Assembly (NCBI RefSeq): GCF_006345805.1
Contig: NC_043000.1
Coordinates: 33,294,001-33,358,000 of the forward strand
Direction of reading: 5' to 3'
DNA from: Octopus sinensis
Lineage: Eukaryota
Length of the DNA: 64,000 nt
The notes beneath the pieces were generated by a model. It was not told the origin of the DNA and ran no database searches. It saw nothing but the letters and a program-made list of their open reading frames with translations. Position 1 is the first letter of the stretch. Every line of letters begins with the position of its first letter. The position numbers and the translations under genes were made by a program. Of this stretch, positions 13,290 to 26,142 are shown piece after piece.

Positions 13290-15045
13290 TCCCATGTCTT
13301 CCTGGATCTACCTCTTACACAGCTGTCCTCGTCCATATGCACCACATGACCATACCAGCGCAGTCGTCTCTCTTGCGCACCACTTGATTCCTCTCATACC
13401 CAACTTTTCTATCAAGACGCTTACATCTTGTTGTGCATGCACACTAACATTGCCACATCTAGCGAACAATATTAGCTTCATTTCTTTCAAGCTTACTCGT
13501 GTCCTCGGTGGTCACAGCCCATGTTTCACTACCGTGTAGCATGGCTGTTCGCACATGCATCATACAATCTTTCATTCTGAGAGATGCCTTTTGTTACCAA
13601 CAGAGATAGTTCTCTGAACTCTGCTCAGCCTATTCTTTTTCTAACAGCTACACTCTCGGAGCATCCACCCCCATTGCTGACTTGGTCACCTAGGTAACAG
13701 AAGCTATTAACTACTTCTAGTTTCCCCACCTGACATTTGATGGAGTCTGTTACCTCTACGTTTTTCGTGTTAATTGAATTTGTGCGTCACCCACAAGCAA
13801 AAACTATTTTCCCTGTCAACCTTCCTCTGATATAGCTGCATCTCTTAAGTGTCCATACTTACACCGGCCACATCTAATTCAGTTTCTACCTACGCCTTTT
13901 CTACAGATCGAGCAAAGCCATCTACTTGAAGGGATTAATCATGTTTTTTTTTTCTAGATTATCTCTAAGGCCTTTTGATTCTTTACCTTGCTTCCACGTC
14001 TGAAATTTCTTCTCTAGTTCTGGTAGTGATTCGGATATCAGCAGAGGAGATCCCAGGAGTAACCTGTCTTAAATTATTTTTATTGCCTGGAGGACTATGA
14101 TGAACAAGATGGGCTGAAGACTGATCCTTGGTGAACCCCTACTTGTACCCTAAATTCATCGCTATACTTATTGTTAACCTTCATCTTACTGACAGTATCC
14201 CTAGCTTCTGCATTGACCACCAGATATGGGAGCGGGGGTTCCCTGTGAAAGACTTTCACCATGTCGACAAATGCTATTTACAGGGGTTTATTTTTGGTTG
14301 GATATTTCTCCCGTAGTTACCTAACCAGGAATATAGCATCAGTCGTGCTCCTGCCTGGCACAGATCCGAACTGCATTTTATATAGTTATGACTTTCATCA
14401 CCTTGTCAAACAATTTGATACCTCTGTAATTACTCCAAAGGCGTCACCTTTGCCTTTGTAGCAGTTGACTATAATGCTGTAGACAAGGCCATTAGAGCAA
14501 CAAAACAGGCCTGGAAAGACCGGAAGTGTGGCGGTAGTAGTAAACCGTATAAGATAGCCAGAAAGGAAGCTAGGAGACGGGTATATCTAGGTAGGGATGA
14601 AGTAGAAAAGAAGTTTGCTTGTTTTGTAACATGAGGACCAGGGTTTGTGTGAGAGAAATGTGTCCACATGGATGATGGTGCACTTGCATTTAATGATTCT
14701 GCAAAGAAAGAGGCTTGGAAATGCTATTATGAAAGGCTGCTAAATGTGAATCTGCCAAATGTTGACCCAACTGTCTGAATCGACAGTAACTTGATAAAGC
14801 AATTAAGGACATGAAGACAGATAAAACCACTGGCCCATCAGGAAGCAAAACTGAGATGCTTAAAATATCCGGCGATACAGAGTGTGACCTGGTCACTCGT
14901 ATAGTTAATCAGGTTGTCCAAGAGAAAGTCATACCCGACGACTGATGTAGCGACATTAAAGTCAACTGCTACAAAGGTAAAGGTGATGTCTTTGACAGGA
15001 ATAATTACAGATATCGAAATGCTGGACCAGGTGATGAAAGTCATA
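13290..15045. mobile_element. Degenerate RTE-clade LINE, RT region, in two opposed segments
   Basis: Minus segment 13290-14465 encodes VGVHQGSVFSPILFIIVL (RT) and the RTE C-terminal region. Plus segment 14470-15045 encodes GPSG...VNCYKGKGD...NNYR...DQVMKV. Confidence 0.75.
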
Positions 15046-16787
15046 AACCGATTTTTACTAAAGCAATAAATTTGTTACTTTTCTGTTTATCAGTTCAATG
15101 GCCAAATATTTGCTTCGTTTCAAGCAAGACTTTTTACTTTTGATGTTACATGAATAACCAACAAGTCCTCGAAATAGTCTGGATGTTACCAAGTCTCTAA
15201 TCACACAGCTATCTTCTTGGTTTACCTCTCTGGGTTTATACAGACTAACGAGTTCCACATTTATAGGCATACTACTTTGAAATCCAGAACCTCACACATC
15301 TTATCTATTTTCTCATCTTTTTTGCTGTCTAACATTTTTTTTCTTCTCACAAATTATCTTTCTCCCCACGGATCTGGTCAGTAGTTTACAGCTGGTCTCA
15401 TAGAAGTCCTCTGTTAATCAGGTGGTCAGCACAAAGTCCTTTTATTCATCGACCAATCCTGATTGTGGTAAAATACAGCATTGTATCTAACAAGTCGAAG
15501 TCTTATGTAGTTTGCCATGGACACAGGCGTGGCAATAGGTTTGCTTACCAACCACGATTCTGGGTTCAGTCCCACTGCATGGCACTTTGGGCAAGTGTCT
15601 TCTACAACAGCATCGGGCCAACCAAAGGTTTGTGTGTCTACTTGGAAGACAGTACTCGAAAACCTGTCGTATAGGAACACCACTGTCGTCTTTTTCCAAT
15701 ATTGAGAACATCCAGCCGAAGAAAATCTGCATCAATAAATTGTCTGATCCATGTAAGCATGGAAAAGTGAACCCACACACACACTACCTCAATCACTTCA
15801 GCCAGCATCATCTGCTCCCAACATGGACACACAATAAAGATTGGTTGGAGATAGATGACACCTCATTTAAAAATTGTTGGAGGCAATTATCTCAACTGTA
15901 TGACCCAACCCGATTTACAGTCAGCTGATATTGCTTGCTGGCTTCTCACCACTGCATACTTATTTCTTTATTACCCACAAGGGGCTAAACACAGAGGGGA
16001 CAAACATAGGTATTAAATCGATTACATCGACCCCAGTGCGTAGCTGGTACTTAATTTATCGACCCCGAAAGGATGAACGGCAAAGTCGACCTCGGCGGAA
16101 TTTGAACTCACAACGTAACGCAGACAAAATACCGCTATGCATTTCGCATGGCGCGCTAACGTGTCTGCCAGCTCGCCGCCTCTGCATACCAATCATATGA
16201 TTACTCTGCAAGTATTCTTTCATCAACATGGGTTAATTTCAAGAAATATAGCATACCTATTTTAACTTTTAGTAAATTTCTTGGTGAATACCAATTTCTT
16301 AGTATTACCTTAATAAAGTTGAATGAAATAGCCAGACCATCATCATCAACTTTCCATGCTGGCATTGGTAGGATGCCAATCTGATCTGGCAAAGTTTCTA
16401 TAGCTGGATGCCCTTTCTAATGCCAACCACTCCAAGAGTGTAGTGGATACTTTTACGTGCCACCTGCATGAGGGCCAGTCTGGCAGCACTGTTGTTGTTT
16501 TTCACATGCCAGTAAGGCAACGCTGAGTTTTAAAAAAACAAAACAAAAAAAACACATTAACTTTATATTATGGAAGTTCACAAACACACACTATGTACAT
16601 GTAACATTCCTTTATTCATTTCCAGGCACAAAGCCTAGTATATGTACTCATTCTGTACCTTAACTTGGTGTTTTTCTTTTCTCTCTTCTGACCAAAGGAA
16701 TCAATCAACCAACATTCATTCTATAGACAGAAATCTTTACTATAAGCAAGTAATAAAGAACAAAGAATCGTCGAGATTTTCCAGTGT

Positions 16788-16793
16788 TTTATT
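16788..16793 (-). terminator. Polyadenylation signal AATAAA of RPL29
   Basis: AATAAA on the minus strand about 28 nt after the stop codon; short 3'UTRs are typical of ribosomal protein mRNAs. Confidence 0.65.
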
Positions 16794-16820
16794 TCCTACA
16801 ACACCTCAAAACATTCCTTC

Positions 16821-17000
16821 CTAAGAAGTAGTAGTAGTAGAAGTGGCCTTTACTGCAGTTTTGGCTTCAGCTTTGGCAGCAGCTCGTTTGGCCATTTTAA
16901 TTCTGTGTCTCTCCTCACGCATCTCTCTCCTCTCTTCTTTTGGAATTAATCTGTTGTGTTTTCGAGCAAACCGAAGATTTCTCAGATACTTCCTGTCAAC
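16821..17000 (-). CDS. RPL29: 60S ribosomal protein L29 (eL29), last coding exon
   Basis: Translates VDRKYLRNLRFARKHNRLIPKEERR...TTTTS*, matching the eL29 motif VDPKFLRNMRFAKKHN. Acceptor tttgcag at 17001-17007, stop TAG at 16821-16823. Confidence 0.95.
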   Translation of the reverse strand, partial: VDRKYLRNLRFARKHNRLIPKEERREMREERHRIKMAKRAAAKAEAKTAVKATSTTTTS

Positions 17001-17760
17001 CTGCAAACGATACAATTACACTTTTAACAATCAAAACAACACATTTCATAAACTGCACCCAAACTGACAAGTCCCACTCAACCAACACACATTTCATCAC
17101 AGTAAAATATCGGCATTATTCCTTAAAAAGATAACCACTTACTCCTAATAAATAAATGGATAAAACAATGCATAACAGTTGCAGGAGAATTCAATAGACA
17201 AGTGCCATCCCAAATATGTGGAAAGTTCCATGGAGCAATCATCCACCCATTCTAAACAGGTTCCACAAGATTTACTATTGTATTCTTCCTTCTGAGATAC
17301 AGTCTAGAATGAAGACTTAATAAATTATGTAAATATTTTTAAAGACTGCAAAATCTTGAGACTTTCACAGCTACTTCTTATTGGTGAATCATGAGGTTGT
17401 GAGTTCAATTCCTGTCTGTGTGTTGTGTCCTTCAACAAGACAATTTATTTCACTTTATTGCTCCAGTCCACTCAGCTGGCATAAATGAGTTGTACCAGTA
17501 ATTCAAAGAGGGCCAGTCTTGTCCCATTCTGTGTCATGCTGGGTCTACCTAAGAACTATATCATGGGTTATGCATGTCTGTGGAGTGCTCAGCCAGTTGC
17601 ACATCCATTCCTCAAGCGAGTTACTCTGTTGATCAGATCAACCAGATCACATACAGGTGGCACAACCAAAGGAATACCAGTTGTAATCTTTCCTTATTCA
17701 TTCAGAAACGCTATCAAAAAAAAAAAAAAAATTTTTTAATGACAACATAAGTTTACTTAC

Positions 17761-17825
17761 ACCTTTCATTGAAGGACATCTGAATCTTTTCGGTCTATAA
17801 ATACCATTACGGTGAGCTTTGCTGT
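17761..17825 (-). CDS. RPL29: RPL29 middle coding exon (65 nt)
   Basis: Encodes (N)SKAHRNGIYRPKRFRCPSMKG. Acceptor ctttcag and donor GGT|gtaagt. Phases join both neighbouring exons in frame. Confidence 0.95.
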
Positions 17826-17906
17826 CTGAAAGAATGTAATGTGGACATAGAATAAATAATAATAATAACAACAGAAGTCCAGTTGCTAATGTAAATACTT
17901 CACAAG

Positions 17907-18045
17907 ACATGTCCCTGGGGTTAAACGGCACACCACAGTCAATGTATGACTGAAATGCTTCCTATCCAGGATTTGATGTCATCTCCGATAAATGTTACTG
18001 GCAGAGATGTAGTCATTAGAGAGGCTACCCTCCGTGGCTGGAGAT
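17907..18045 (-). ncRNA. SNORA65: H/ACA snoRNA SNORA65/U65/snR34-like, copy 1 (nearest the RPL29 3' splice site)
   Basis: Hairpin-hinge-hairpin-ACA layout: ATCTCC/GGAGAT and GTAGCC/GGCTAC stems, ANANNA box (AGATGA or ACATCA), CCTGG/CCAGG and CAGTCA/TGACTG stems, terminal ACA plus 3 nt. Pockets GCCAC+GCCAGT and GATAGGAA+GCCG are complementary to LSU rRNA ACUGGC-U-U-GUGGC and CGGC-U-C-UUCCUAUC. This copy has one upper-stem mismatch. Confidence 0.88.
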
Positions 18046-18380
18046 GTTGCAATAAAACAAATGAAAATAATAATGGTGTGTTAAATTCTGTAAGAAGGGC
18101 AGCAGTTTTGGAGGAGGTGAATCAATTACATTGACCCCAGTATTCAACTGGTACTTTCTAAAGATGAAATCTTGTAAACCAAATAACCATTCACTAATAC
18201 TGAATCAGACCAACATGCTAGAGATAACAGCCAAAACTCATTCAAATCATACTAAACTGAAGGATAGTGTATCTAGAACTACATTATCTTGTCTGAATTA
18301 TAAGAGATGACCATAGCTGCAATGGTTTTGGTTGTAAGTCTTAAGTTTAAACGAAGGATACTGAATTGAAAATCCAGGAA

Positions 18381-18517
18381 TCATCATCGTTTAACGTCCG
18401 TTCTCCATGCTAGCATGGGTTGGACGGTTCGACCGGGGATCTGGGAAGCCAGAAGGCTGCACCAGGCTCCAGTCTTATCTGGCAATGTTTCTACAGCTGG
18501 ATGCCCTTCCTAACGCC
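18381..18517 (-). mobile_element. RTE-tail short retroposon inserted in an array spacer
   Basis: GGCGTTAGGAAGGGCATCCAGC...CATGCTAGCATGG...TAAACGATGATGA tail. Family also at about 11890, 12880, 16340, 23895-24077, 26690, 28560, 36545, 38470, 41190, 48950, 52480 and 55770. Confidence 0.75.
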
Positions 18518-18734
18518 AATTATTTATAAAACAACCCAAGTATTGTAATATTTGTTTTAAAAAGTGGTGCATGTATAAATAGGGGGGAAAGGCAAACGGT
18601 TCTCTGGAATGTACGTACCCCTAACGCCCTGCTCAAATCTGTTGATCCCTAAAAAGGTTTTTTTAAAACTTATTAAGATCAAATCTCAATTTATTACACA
18701 AATTGAATAATAAAATTTAGCTGAAAGTCAACGC

Positions 18735-18873
18735 TAGTGTCCCTGGGGTTAAACGGCACACCACAGTCAATGTATGACTGAAATGCTTCCTATCCAGGAT
18801 TTGATGTCATCTCCTGTAAATGTTACTGGCAGAGATGTAGCCATTAGAGAGGCTACCCTCCGTGGCTGGAGAT
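18735..18873 (-). ncRNA. SNORA65: SNORA65-like H/ACA snoRNA, copy 2
   Basis: 139-nt near-identical unit; boxes and both pockets intact. Confidence 0.88.
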
Positions 18874-19482
18874 CTTTCAGTAAACTAGATGGGAATAGAC
18901 ATGGAACACAAGACAAAGAAGTTACTATTGGACATTTGACAAACAGAGGAATTTGTAATCTAATTGTGATCATCAAGTACCTCATTCTAATTAAAGATTT
19001 CAATATTTAAGTAGATAATAAACTAAGCAACATTTTTACTGAATAAGGCCAGTAGTTGTTCACTCACACTAAATTGATGTTGGTATCTAGAATTACTTTA
19101 ATCTGGTCTGGAATAAAGAAAATGGCCACAGCCACAAATAGTATTGAATTGGAAAACACTGGGAAACTCATAAATGCAATTATCTAAATGACTAATTATT
19201 TTAAGTTTTTGCTCTTCTTTTTATCTTCCTGAGCAGTTTTTAATATTTAATACACTACCTTGCTTCTGCTTAATTTGGAAAATAACTCATTAAGGCAATA
19301 TTTGAAACAAATTAACAAGGGTTTTTTTTAATGAAGACGTTAATTTATGTAAAAGTTTCTAACATAGAACCAGGTGTGATCTCAGACAGGTAGCTCAATT
19401 TGAAGGAACAGGACTGAAATCAAGTGATCTACTTCAATTTATTACACAAACTGGATTATAGGATTTAGCTGAAAGTCAGTGC

Positions 19483-19621
19483 TAGTGTCCCTGGGGTTAA
19501 ACGGCACACCACAGTCAATGTGTGACTGAAATGCTTCCTATCCAGGATTTAATGTCATCTCCGGTAAATGTTACTGGCAGAGATGTAGCCATTAGAGAGG
19601 CTACCCTCCGTGGCTGGAGAT
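19483..19621 (-). ncRNA. SNORA65: SNORA65-like H/ACA snoRNA, copy 3
   Basis: 139-nt unit; hinge variant ACATTA is still ANANNA. Confidence 0.88.
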
Positions 19622-20250
19622 CTTTCAGTAAATCAGATGAGAATAGACATGGAACACAAGACAAAGAAGTTACTATTGGACATTTGACAAACAAAGGAAT
19701 TTGTAATCTAATTGTGGTCATCAAGTACCTCATTCTAATTAAAGATTTCAATATTTAACTAAGCAACATTTTTACTGAATAAGGCTAGTAGTTGTTCATT
19801 CACACTAAATTGAAGGTGGTCTCTAGAATTACTTTAATCTGGTCTGGAATAAAAAAAAATGGTCACAGCCACAAATGCAACAAATAGTATTCAATTGAAA
19901 AACTGGGAAACTCATAAATACAATTATCTTAATGACTAACTATTCTAAGTTTTTGCTTTTCTTTTTATCTCCATGACCAGGTTTTAATACTTTTTTTTTA
20001 ACCATCTTTCAGAGGAAATACACTACCTTGCTTCTGCTTAATTTGGAAAATAACTCATTAAGGCAATATTTGAAACAAATTAACAAGGGTTTTTTTTAAT
20101 GAAGACGTTAATTTATGTAAAAGTTTCTAACATAGAACCAGGTGTGATCTCAGACAGGTAGCTCAATTTGAAGGAACAGGACTGAAATCAAGTGATCTAC
20201 TTCAATTTATTACACAAACTGGATTATAGGATTTAGCTGAAAGTCAGTGC

Positions 20251-20389
20251 TAGTGTCCCTGGGGTTAAACGGCACGCCACAGTCAATGTGTGACTGAAAT
20301 GCTTCCTATCCAGGATTTGATGTCATCTCCGGTAAATGTTTCTGGCAGAGGTGTAGCCATTAGAGGGGCTACCCTCCGTGGCTGGAGAT
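20251..20389 (-). ncRNA. SNORA65: SNORA65-like H/ACA snoRNA, copy 4
   Basis: 139-nt unit; one G-U to G-C stem change, a pocket variant GCCAGA and one stem mismatch. Confidence 0.85.
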
Positions 20390-21187
20390 AAAACATTTGA
20401 TAAAAACCTGAAATGCACAGAAAGTTGACAGCTACCTGTGTCCGGAACTAAAGAAGAGCTAAAAGAAAATCAGAATTTACAAATATAAATTTTTTAGTCT
20501 GGAAAAAAGTTTTCATTTTATGTCTGTTTTCCCATACTGGTATGGGTTAGGTGAGTACACATCAAGAATGCATTGTGTTACATTCAGATGTTTTTGCTTG
20601 GCACTAAGCTTTATCTGGTTCACCAAACAAAGGATCTTTCTTTCCACACACATTAAGTGTACAGCCTAAATGTTGTTTATTATGTTCATGATGATGATGA
20701 TGATGATGCATTTAAATCCAAGGTGGATGAAGCCAACAGACATGTTGCTACAAAATAGTATCAAGTTAGAAGCTACAATGCTTCACTGACTTTCATAGCA
20801 TTACATCTTCCAACACAGATCTGTCAATACGCATCCAATATTACTCTCTGGTTAAGCATCCAAGCTTCTATCTACAGCCAAGCTGGGATTATCAACTGAA
20901 ATAATTCTTTTATTTCTTTGATCCATTCCACTCATTTAGACAGTGGCCAAGCTCCACCATAAAGGTCTTAGACAATTATGTCAACCTCACAACATTGGTT
21001 TCTTTTATTATCCATCAAATTCCAATGTTAACCTCCAAAGTCTCTATACTAGAAGATAGCTGCCCTTAACATTGTCTAGTAAGAATGGACTTCATCAGCA
21101 TGGAACCATTTCTGCAGCAAGTCCTTTAACAGAAAACTAAATCACTTCAAATTTCGTGAGACATTAGCATCTGAAGATAAAATGATA

Positions 21188-21326
21188 AACTGTCCCTGGG
21201 GTTAAACGGCACACCACAGTCAATGTGTGACTGAAATGCTTCCTATCCAGGATTTGATGTCATCTCCGGTAAATGTTACTGGCAGAGACGTAGCCATAAG
21301 AGAGGCTACCCTCCGTGGCTGGAGAT
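21188..21326 (-). ncRNA. SNORA65: SNORA65-like H/ACA snoRNA, copy 5
   Basis: 139-nt unit; boxes and pockets intact. Confidence 0.88.
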
Positions 21327-22461
21327 GTTGCCATAATACAGACTTACTTCATACAATGTACAATGCTTGTTTGTTGTGTATCCATCTTAGACAAGTCAAA
21401 GACCTATGGAGTTGTTGCCCCCCCACCCCCACCCCACCCCAGACACACACACTTTGCTGTACACCAGAAACTGACACTTCACAAGCACATCAAGTTGAAT
21501 CACATCTGAACTGACAATGCTGGCTGCTGTACTTGAAGTTGATACGACAAAACCCAAAAACATTGAGCCCATTCCTGTTGCCCACCTCAATGACACTTGT
21601 CAGGTCACATTTGCCAGAATGATTGAGAAAATAACGTTTGGTGGTGTGGATGTCGCAGCACAAATTCTACAAGACTGCAAGAAAAGATTTTAGCATTAAT
21701 CCAGTTATGGGTTTTGCTCTTGAGGGATCAACCAGCTGCAGTCTTTATCAAGAAAGTTGCACTTGAGCAGGTCATGAGCAGACGAGCCAGTCGAATGAAG
21801 CCGAAAGCCAGTAGGGGAAGCTGCCAACCATTAGTCACATCATCATCAGTATCACCAACATGGATGTAAACACACATTTTGTGATGATTTAATGGTGAGG
21901 GTATCTGACTCCTGACTGTAAGGTCAGGAGTTCAATTCCCAACAGCCCTCTATATCCTTGAGCAAGACACTTCATTTCACATTGCTCCAGGCCACTCAGG
22001 TGGCAAAAATGAGTTGTACAAGTAGCTCAAAGGGCCAGCCTTTTCATACTCTGTGTCATGCTGAATCTCCGTTAAGGGTACTTGTGTCTGTGGAGTGGTC
22101 AGTCACAAGCAGGCTGTACAGTTGATCAAATCAACTGGAACATTCGTCATCACAACCGATGGAGTGCCACTGATGTGTGTGTGTGTGTGTGTAAATCAGA
22201 CAGCAGAGCCTGATACAATCTACTGACTTGCCAGGTTCTGTCAAACTGTCAGACCCAGTGATATCAATTTAGGAGACTAGTGCACATACATAATGGCAAA
22301 AGTACCATGCTGCGGGATTGAACCAGAAACCATGCAGTTGTGAAGGAAACCTAAATACCACACAGCCACAAGTGTACCTAAGGATAAATATACCTTGGAA
22401 TCTTCTGTAAAAAAAATTGTAATTGAATCAAACTGCTGTACTTATCACTGCTCGAACTAAA

Positions 22462-22599
22462 CTATGTCCCTGGGGTTAAACGGCACACCACAGTCAATGT
22501 ATGACTGAATGCTTCCTATCCAGGATTTGATGTCATCTCCGGTAAATGTTACTGGCAGAGATGTAGCCATTAGAGGGGCTACTCTCCGTGGCTGGAGAT
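22462..22599 (-). ncRNA. SNORA65: SNORA65-like H/ACA snoRNA, copy 6
   Basis: 138-nt unit with a 1-nt deletion in the 3' upper stem and a G-U to A-U change in the 5' stem. Confidence 0.87.
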
Positions 22600-23374
22600 G
22601 TTGCAATAAAAACGAATCAAAATAATAATGGTTTCAAATTTGTCCACAACGGCAACAATTTTGGAGGAGCAGATGAGTCAATTACATCAACCCCAGTAGT
22701 CAACTGGTACTTATTTTATCAACAACGAAAGGATGAAAGGTGAAGTCGACTTCGGTGGAATTTGAACTCAGAACAAATGAAAATACTGCTAAGCATTTCA
22801 TCCGGCACGCTAACAATTCTGCCAGTTAGCCACCTTAAAATTAATAATAATGATGATAATATGTAAAAGGAAGAAGTTGATAAAACTTAAATATTCTAAA
22901 GATGAAATCTTGTAAACCAAATAACCATTCACTAATACTGAATCAGACCAACATGCTAGAAATAACACCAAAACTCGTTCAAATCATACTTAACTGAAGG
23001 ATAGTGTATCTAGAACTACATTATCTTGTCTGAATTATGAGAGCTGCAATGGTTTTGGTTGTAAGTCTTAAGTTTAAACAAAGGATACTGAATTGAAAAA
23101 CTTGAGGAAACTCATAAATACAATTATTTAATGATTGATTATTGTTGAAAATACAGGAATCAATTATTTACAAAACAACCCAAGCATTGTAATATTTGCT
23201 TTAAAAAAAGTGGTGTAAACTAAGTATAAATAGAGGGAAAGGGGAAACAGTTCCCTGGAATAAAGCCCTGCTCAAATCTGTTGATCCCTAAAAAAGTCTT
23301 TTTAAAGCCTATTAAAATCAAATCTAGATTTATTGCACTAACTAAAATTATAGGATTTAGCTGAAAGTCAGCGT

Positions 23375-23513
23375 TAGTGTCCCTGGGGTTAAACGGCACA
23401 CCACAGTCAATGTGTGACTGAAATGCTTCCTATCCAGGATTTGATGTCATCTCCGGTAAATGTTACTGGCAGAGGTGTAGCCATTAGAGGGGCTACCCTC
23501 CGTGGCTGGAGAT
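23375..23513 (-). ncRNA. SNORA65: SNORA65-like H/ACA snoRNA, copy 7
   Basis: 139-nt unit; G-U to G-C stem change. Confidence 0.88.
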
Positions 23514-24405
23514 GCTGCAACAAAACAAGACAGCAGAATAGAAGTTACTATACAGGACACCTAACAAAGCTTCACTCTTAAGCATTCAGATTATTCAAGT
23601 CCAATGTAATGTCAATCTATTCGTATAGTTTGGAATTAACCATGCAATATCTCGTAGCTTTAAGATGTGAATATGATTGAGGATTTTAGAATGACATTGC
23701 AAGGTAGGTGTGAGAGGCCAGATATTACCGAACTCTCACTTCTACCCCGACAATGTTATTCTGAAACTGGCAGGCGGTTTTGGCCAGGTCAAATGCTAAA
23801 AGGATTAAACAGACAAAAATTGACATCTCTTTGCAAATCACATCCTTATCAAGACTGAAACAAGTTAACGTTAGTATAATAATAATAATTCTTTTGGCAC
23901 GTAAAAAGCACCCACTACACTCACGGAGTGGTTGGCGTTAGGAAGGGCATCCAGCTGTAGAAACACTGCCAGATAAGACTGGAGCCTGGTGCAGCCTTCT
24001 GGCTTCCCAGATCCCCGGTCGAACCGTCCAACCCATGCTAGCATGGAGAACGGACGTTAAACGATGATGATGATGATTAGCCACAAGGGCTAATCAGCAG
24101 CAGCCTACAAGAGTTGTAGAATTTCTTTTGATTCAATTCATAGAAGAACACATTAATGGCTAAAATCAAGAGAAAAGTTATTTCGGACCTAGACTATTAT
24201 TTGTAGATCTATGAAATTAGCAAGAGTTATGATAAACAGTTCAAAGTAACTGGATTGAAAAGCCAACAATACATTCCTATGAAGGACACCAGCACCTGAA
24301 ACACACATTAACAATACTTAACAGTCATTAGGAAAAGTGAATATTTTAAAATAATTTATTCACTACTTCTGAAATGATTCAAAGAAAAGTTAGAGAATCT
24401 ACAAG

Positions 24406-24544
24406 CTATGTCCCTGGGGTTAAACGGCACACCACAGTCAATGTATGACTGAAATGCTTCCTATCCAGGATTTGATGTCATCTCCTGTAAATGTTACTGG
24501 CAGAGATGTAGCCATTAGAGAGGCTACCCTCCGTGGCTGGAGAT
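24406..24544 (-). ncRNA. SNORA65: SNORA65-like H/ACA snoRNA, copy 8
   Basis: 139-nt unit; boxes and pockets intact. Confidence 0.88.
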
Positions 24545-25111
24545 CTTTCAGTAAATCAGATGGGAATAGACATGGAACACAAGACAAAGAAGTTACTATT
24601 GGACATTTGACAAACAGAGGAATTTGTAATCTAATTGTGATCATTCTAATTAAAGATTTCCATAAACTAAACATTTTTACTGATTAAGGCCAGTAGTTGT
24701 TCATTCACACTAAATTGAAGTTGGTATCTAAAATTACATTAATCTGGTCTGGAATAAAAAATGGTCACAGCCACAATGGAAAACACTGGGAAACTCATAA
24801 ATACAATTATCTTAATGACTAATTATTCTAAGTTTTTTTCTTCTTTTTATTTCCCTGACCAGTTTTTAATACTTTTTTTTTAACTATCTTTCAGAGGAAA
24901 TACACTACCTAACTCATTAAGGCAATATTTGAAACAAATTAACAAGGCTTTTTTTTTTATGAAGACGTTAATTTATGCAAAAGTTTCCAACATAGAACCA
25001 GGTGTGATCTCAGACAGGTAGCTTAATTCGAAAGGAACAGGACTGAAATCAAATCATCTACTTCAATTTATTACACAAACTGAATTATAAAATTTAGCTG
25101 AAAGTCAGCGC

Positions 25112-25250
25112 TAGTGTCCCTGGGGTTAAACGGCACACCACAGTCAATGTATGACTGAAATGCTTCCTATCCAGGATTTGATGTAATCTCCGGTAAATGT
25201 TACTGGCAGAGATGTAGCCATTAGAGAGGCTACCCTCCGTGGCTGGAGAT
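25112..25250 (-). ncRNA. SNORA65: SNORA65-like H/ACA snoRNA, copy 9
   Basis: 139-nt unit; hinge variant AGATTA is still ANANNA. Confidence 0.88.
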
Positions 25251-25568
25251 GTTGCAATAAAAATGAAAAAAAATAATAATGGTTTCAAATTCTGTAAGAA
25301 GGGCAGCAGTCTTGGAGGAGGTGAATCAATTACATCGACCCTAGTATTCAACTGGTACTTTCTAAAGATGAAATCTTGTAAACCAAATAACCACTCACTA
25401 ATACTGAATCAGACCAACATACTAGAAATAACAGCCAAAACTCAAGGATAGTGTATCTAGAACTACATAATCTTGTCTGAATTATAAGAGATGACCATAG
25501 CTGCAATGGTTTTGGTTGTAAGTCTTAATTTTAAACAAAGGATACTGAATTGAAAATTCAGGAATTAA

Positions 25569-25956
25569 TCTCTCTCTATATAAACGGCAGTTTGTCTGTG
25601 CGTGCCTCTGTGTGTCTGTTTGCTTGTACCCTCACTCCGACCACGGCTTTCAACCGATTCTGATGAAACTTGACACACACATAGCCCAATGTCATAATTC
25701 AAAACTAACGCAGCGAAAGTTTTGAAAAGTTCCCCCAGTTCTGAAAAAAAATCGATAAATTCGACATGGGGTCGAGAATCAGAAACCCAAACCACAGACC
25801 GTCTAGGGGACGCAACTCCACCTTTTTTAACTCTCAAAAAAAAAAATTACCATCATTTTTTCCCCATTTTTTTGCTATTTTTTGGCTATAACTCTCTAAA
25901 AATGCTTTATAGTTATTTCCCTTACAAACCTGAGCAACGCCGGGCGATACTGCTAG
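25569..25956 (+). mobile_element. Non-autonomous Helitron inserted in an array spacer
   Basis: A|TC...hairpin...CTAG|T. Paralogous spacers (27820-27840, 29690-29710) show the empty site GGAATCAA|TTATTTATA with no TSD. Confidence 0.85.
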
Positions 25957-26142
25957 TTATTTATAAAACAACCCAAGTATTGTAATATTTGCTTTAAAAA
26001 GTGGTGTGTGTATAAATAGGGGGAAAAGGGAAACAGTTCACTGGAATATTGCTACTAAAGGTTTTTTTAAAGCCTTATTAAAATCAAATCTCAAAATTTA
26101 CTGCACTAATTAAAATTATAGGATTTAGCTGAAAGTCAGCAC

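Noticed and set aside
17150-17290. Hairpin (GTGGAA/TTCCAC) in the last RPL29 intron as another snoRNA
   Set aside because: No convincing H/ACA or C/D box pair.
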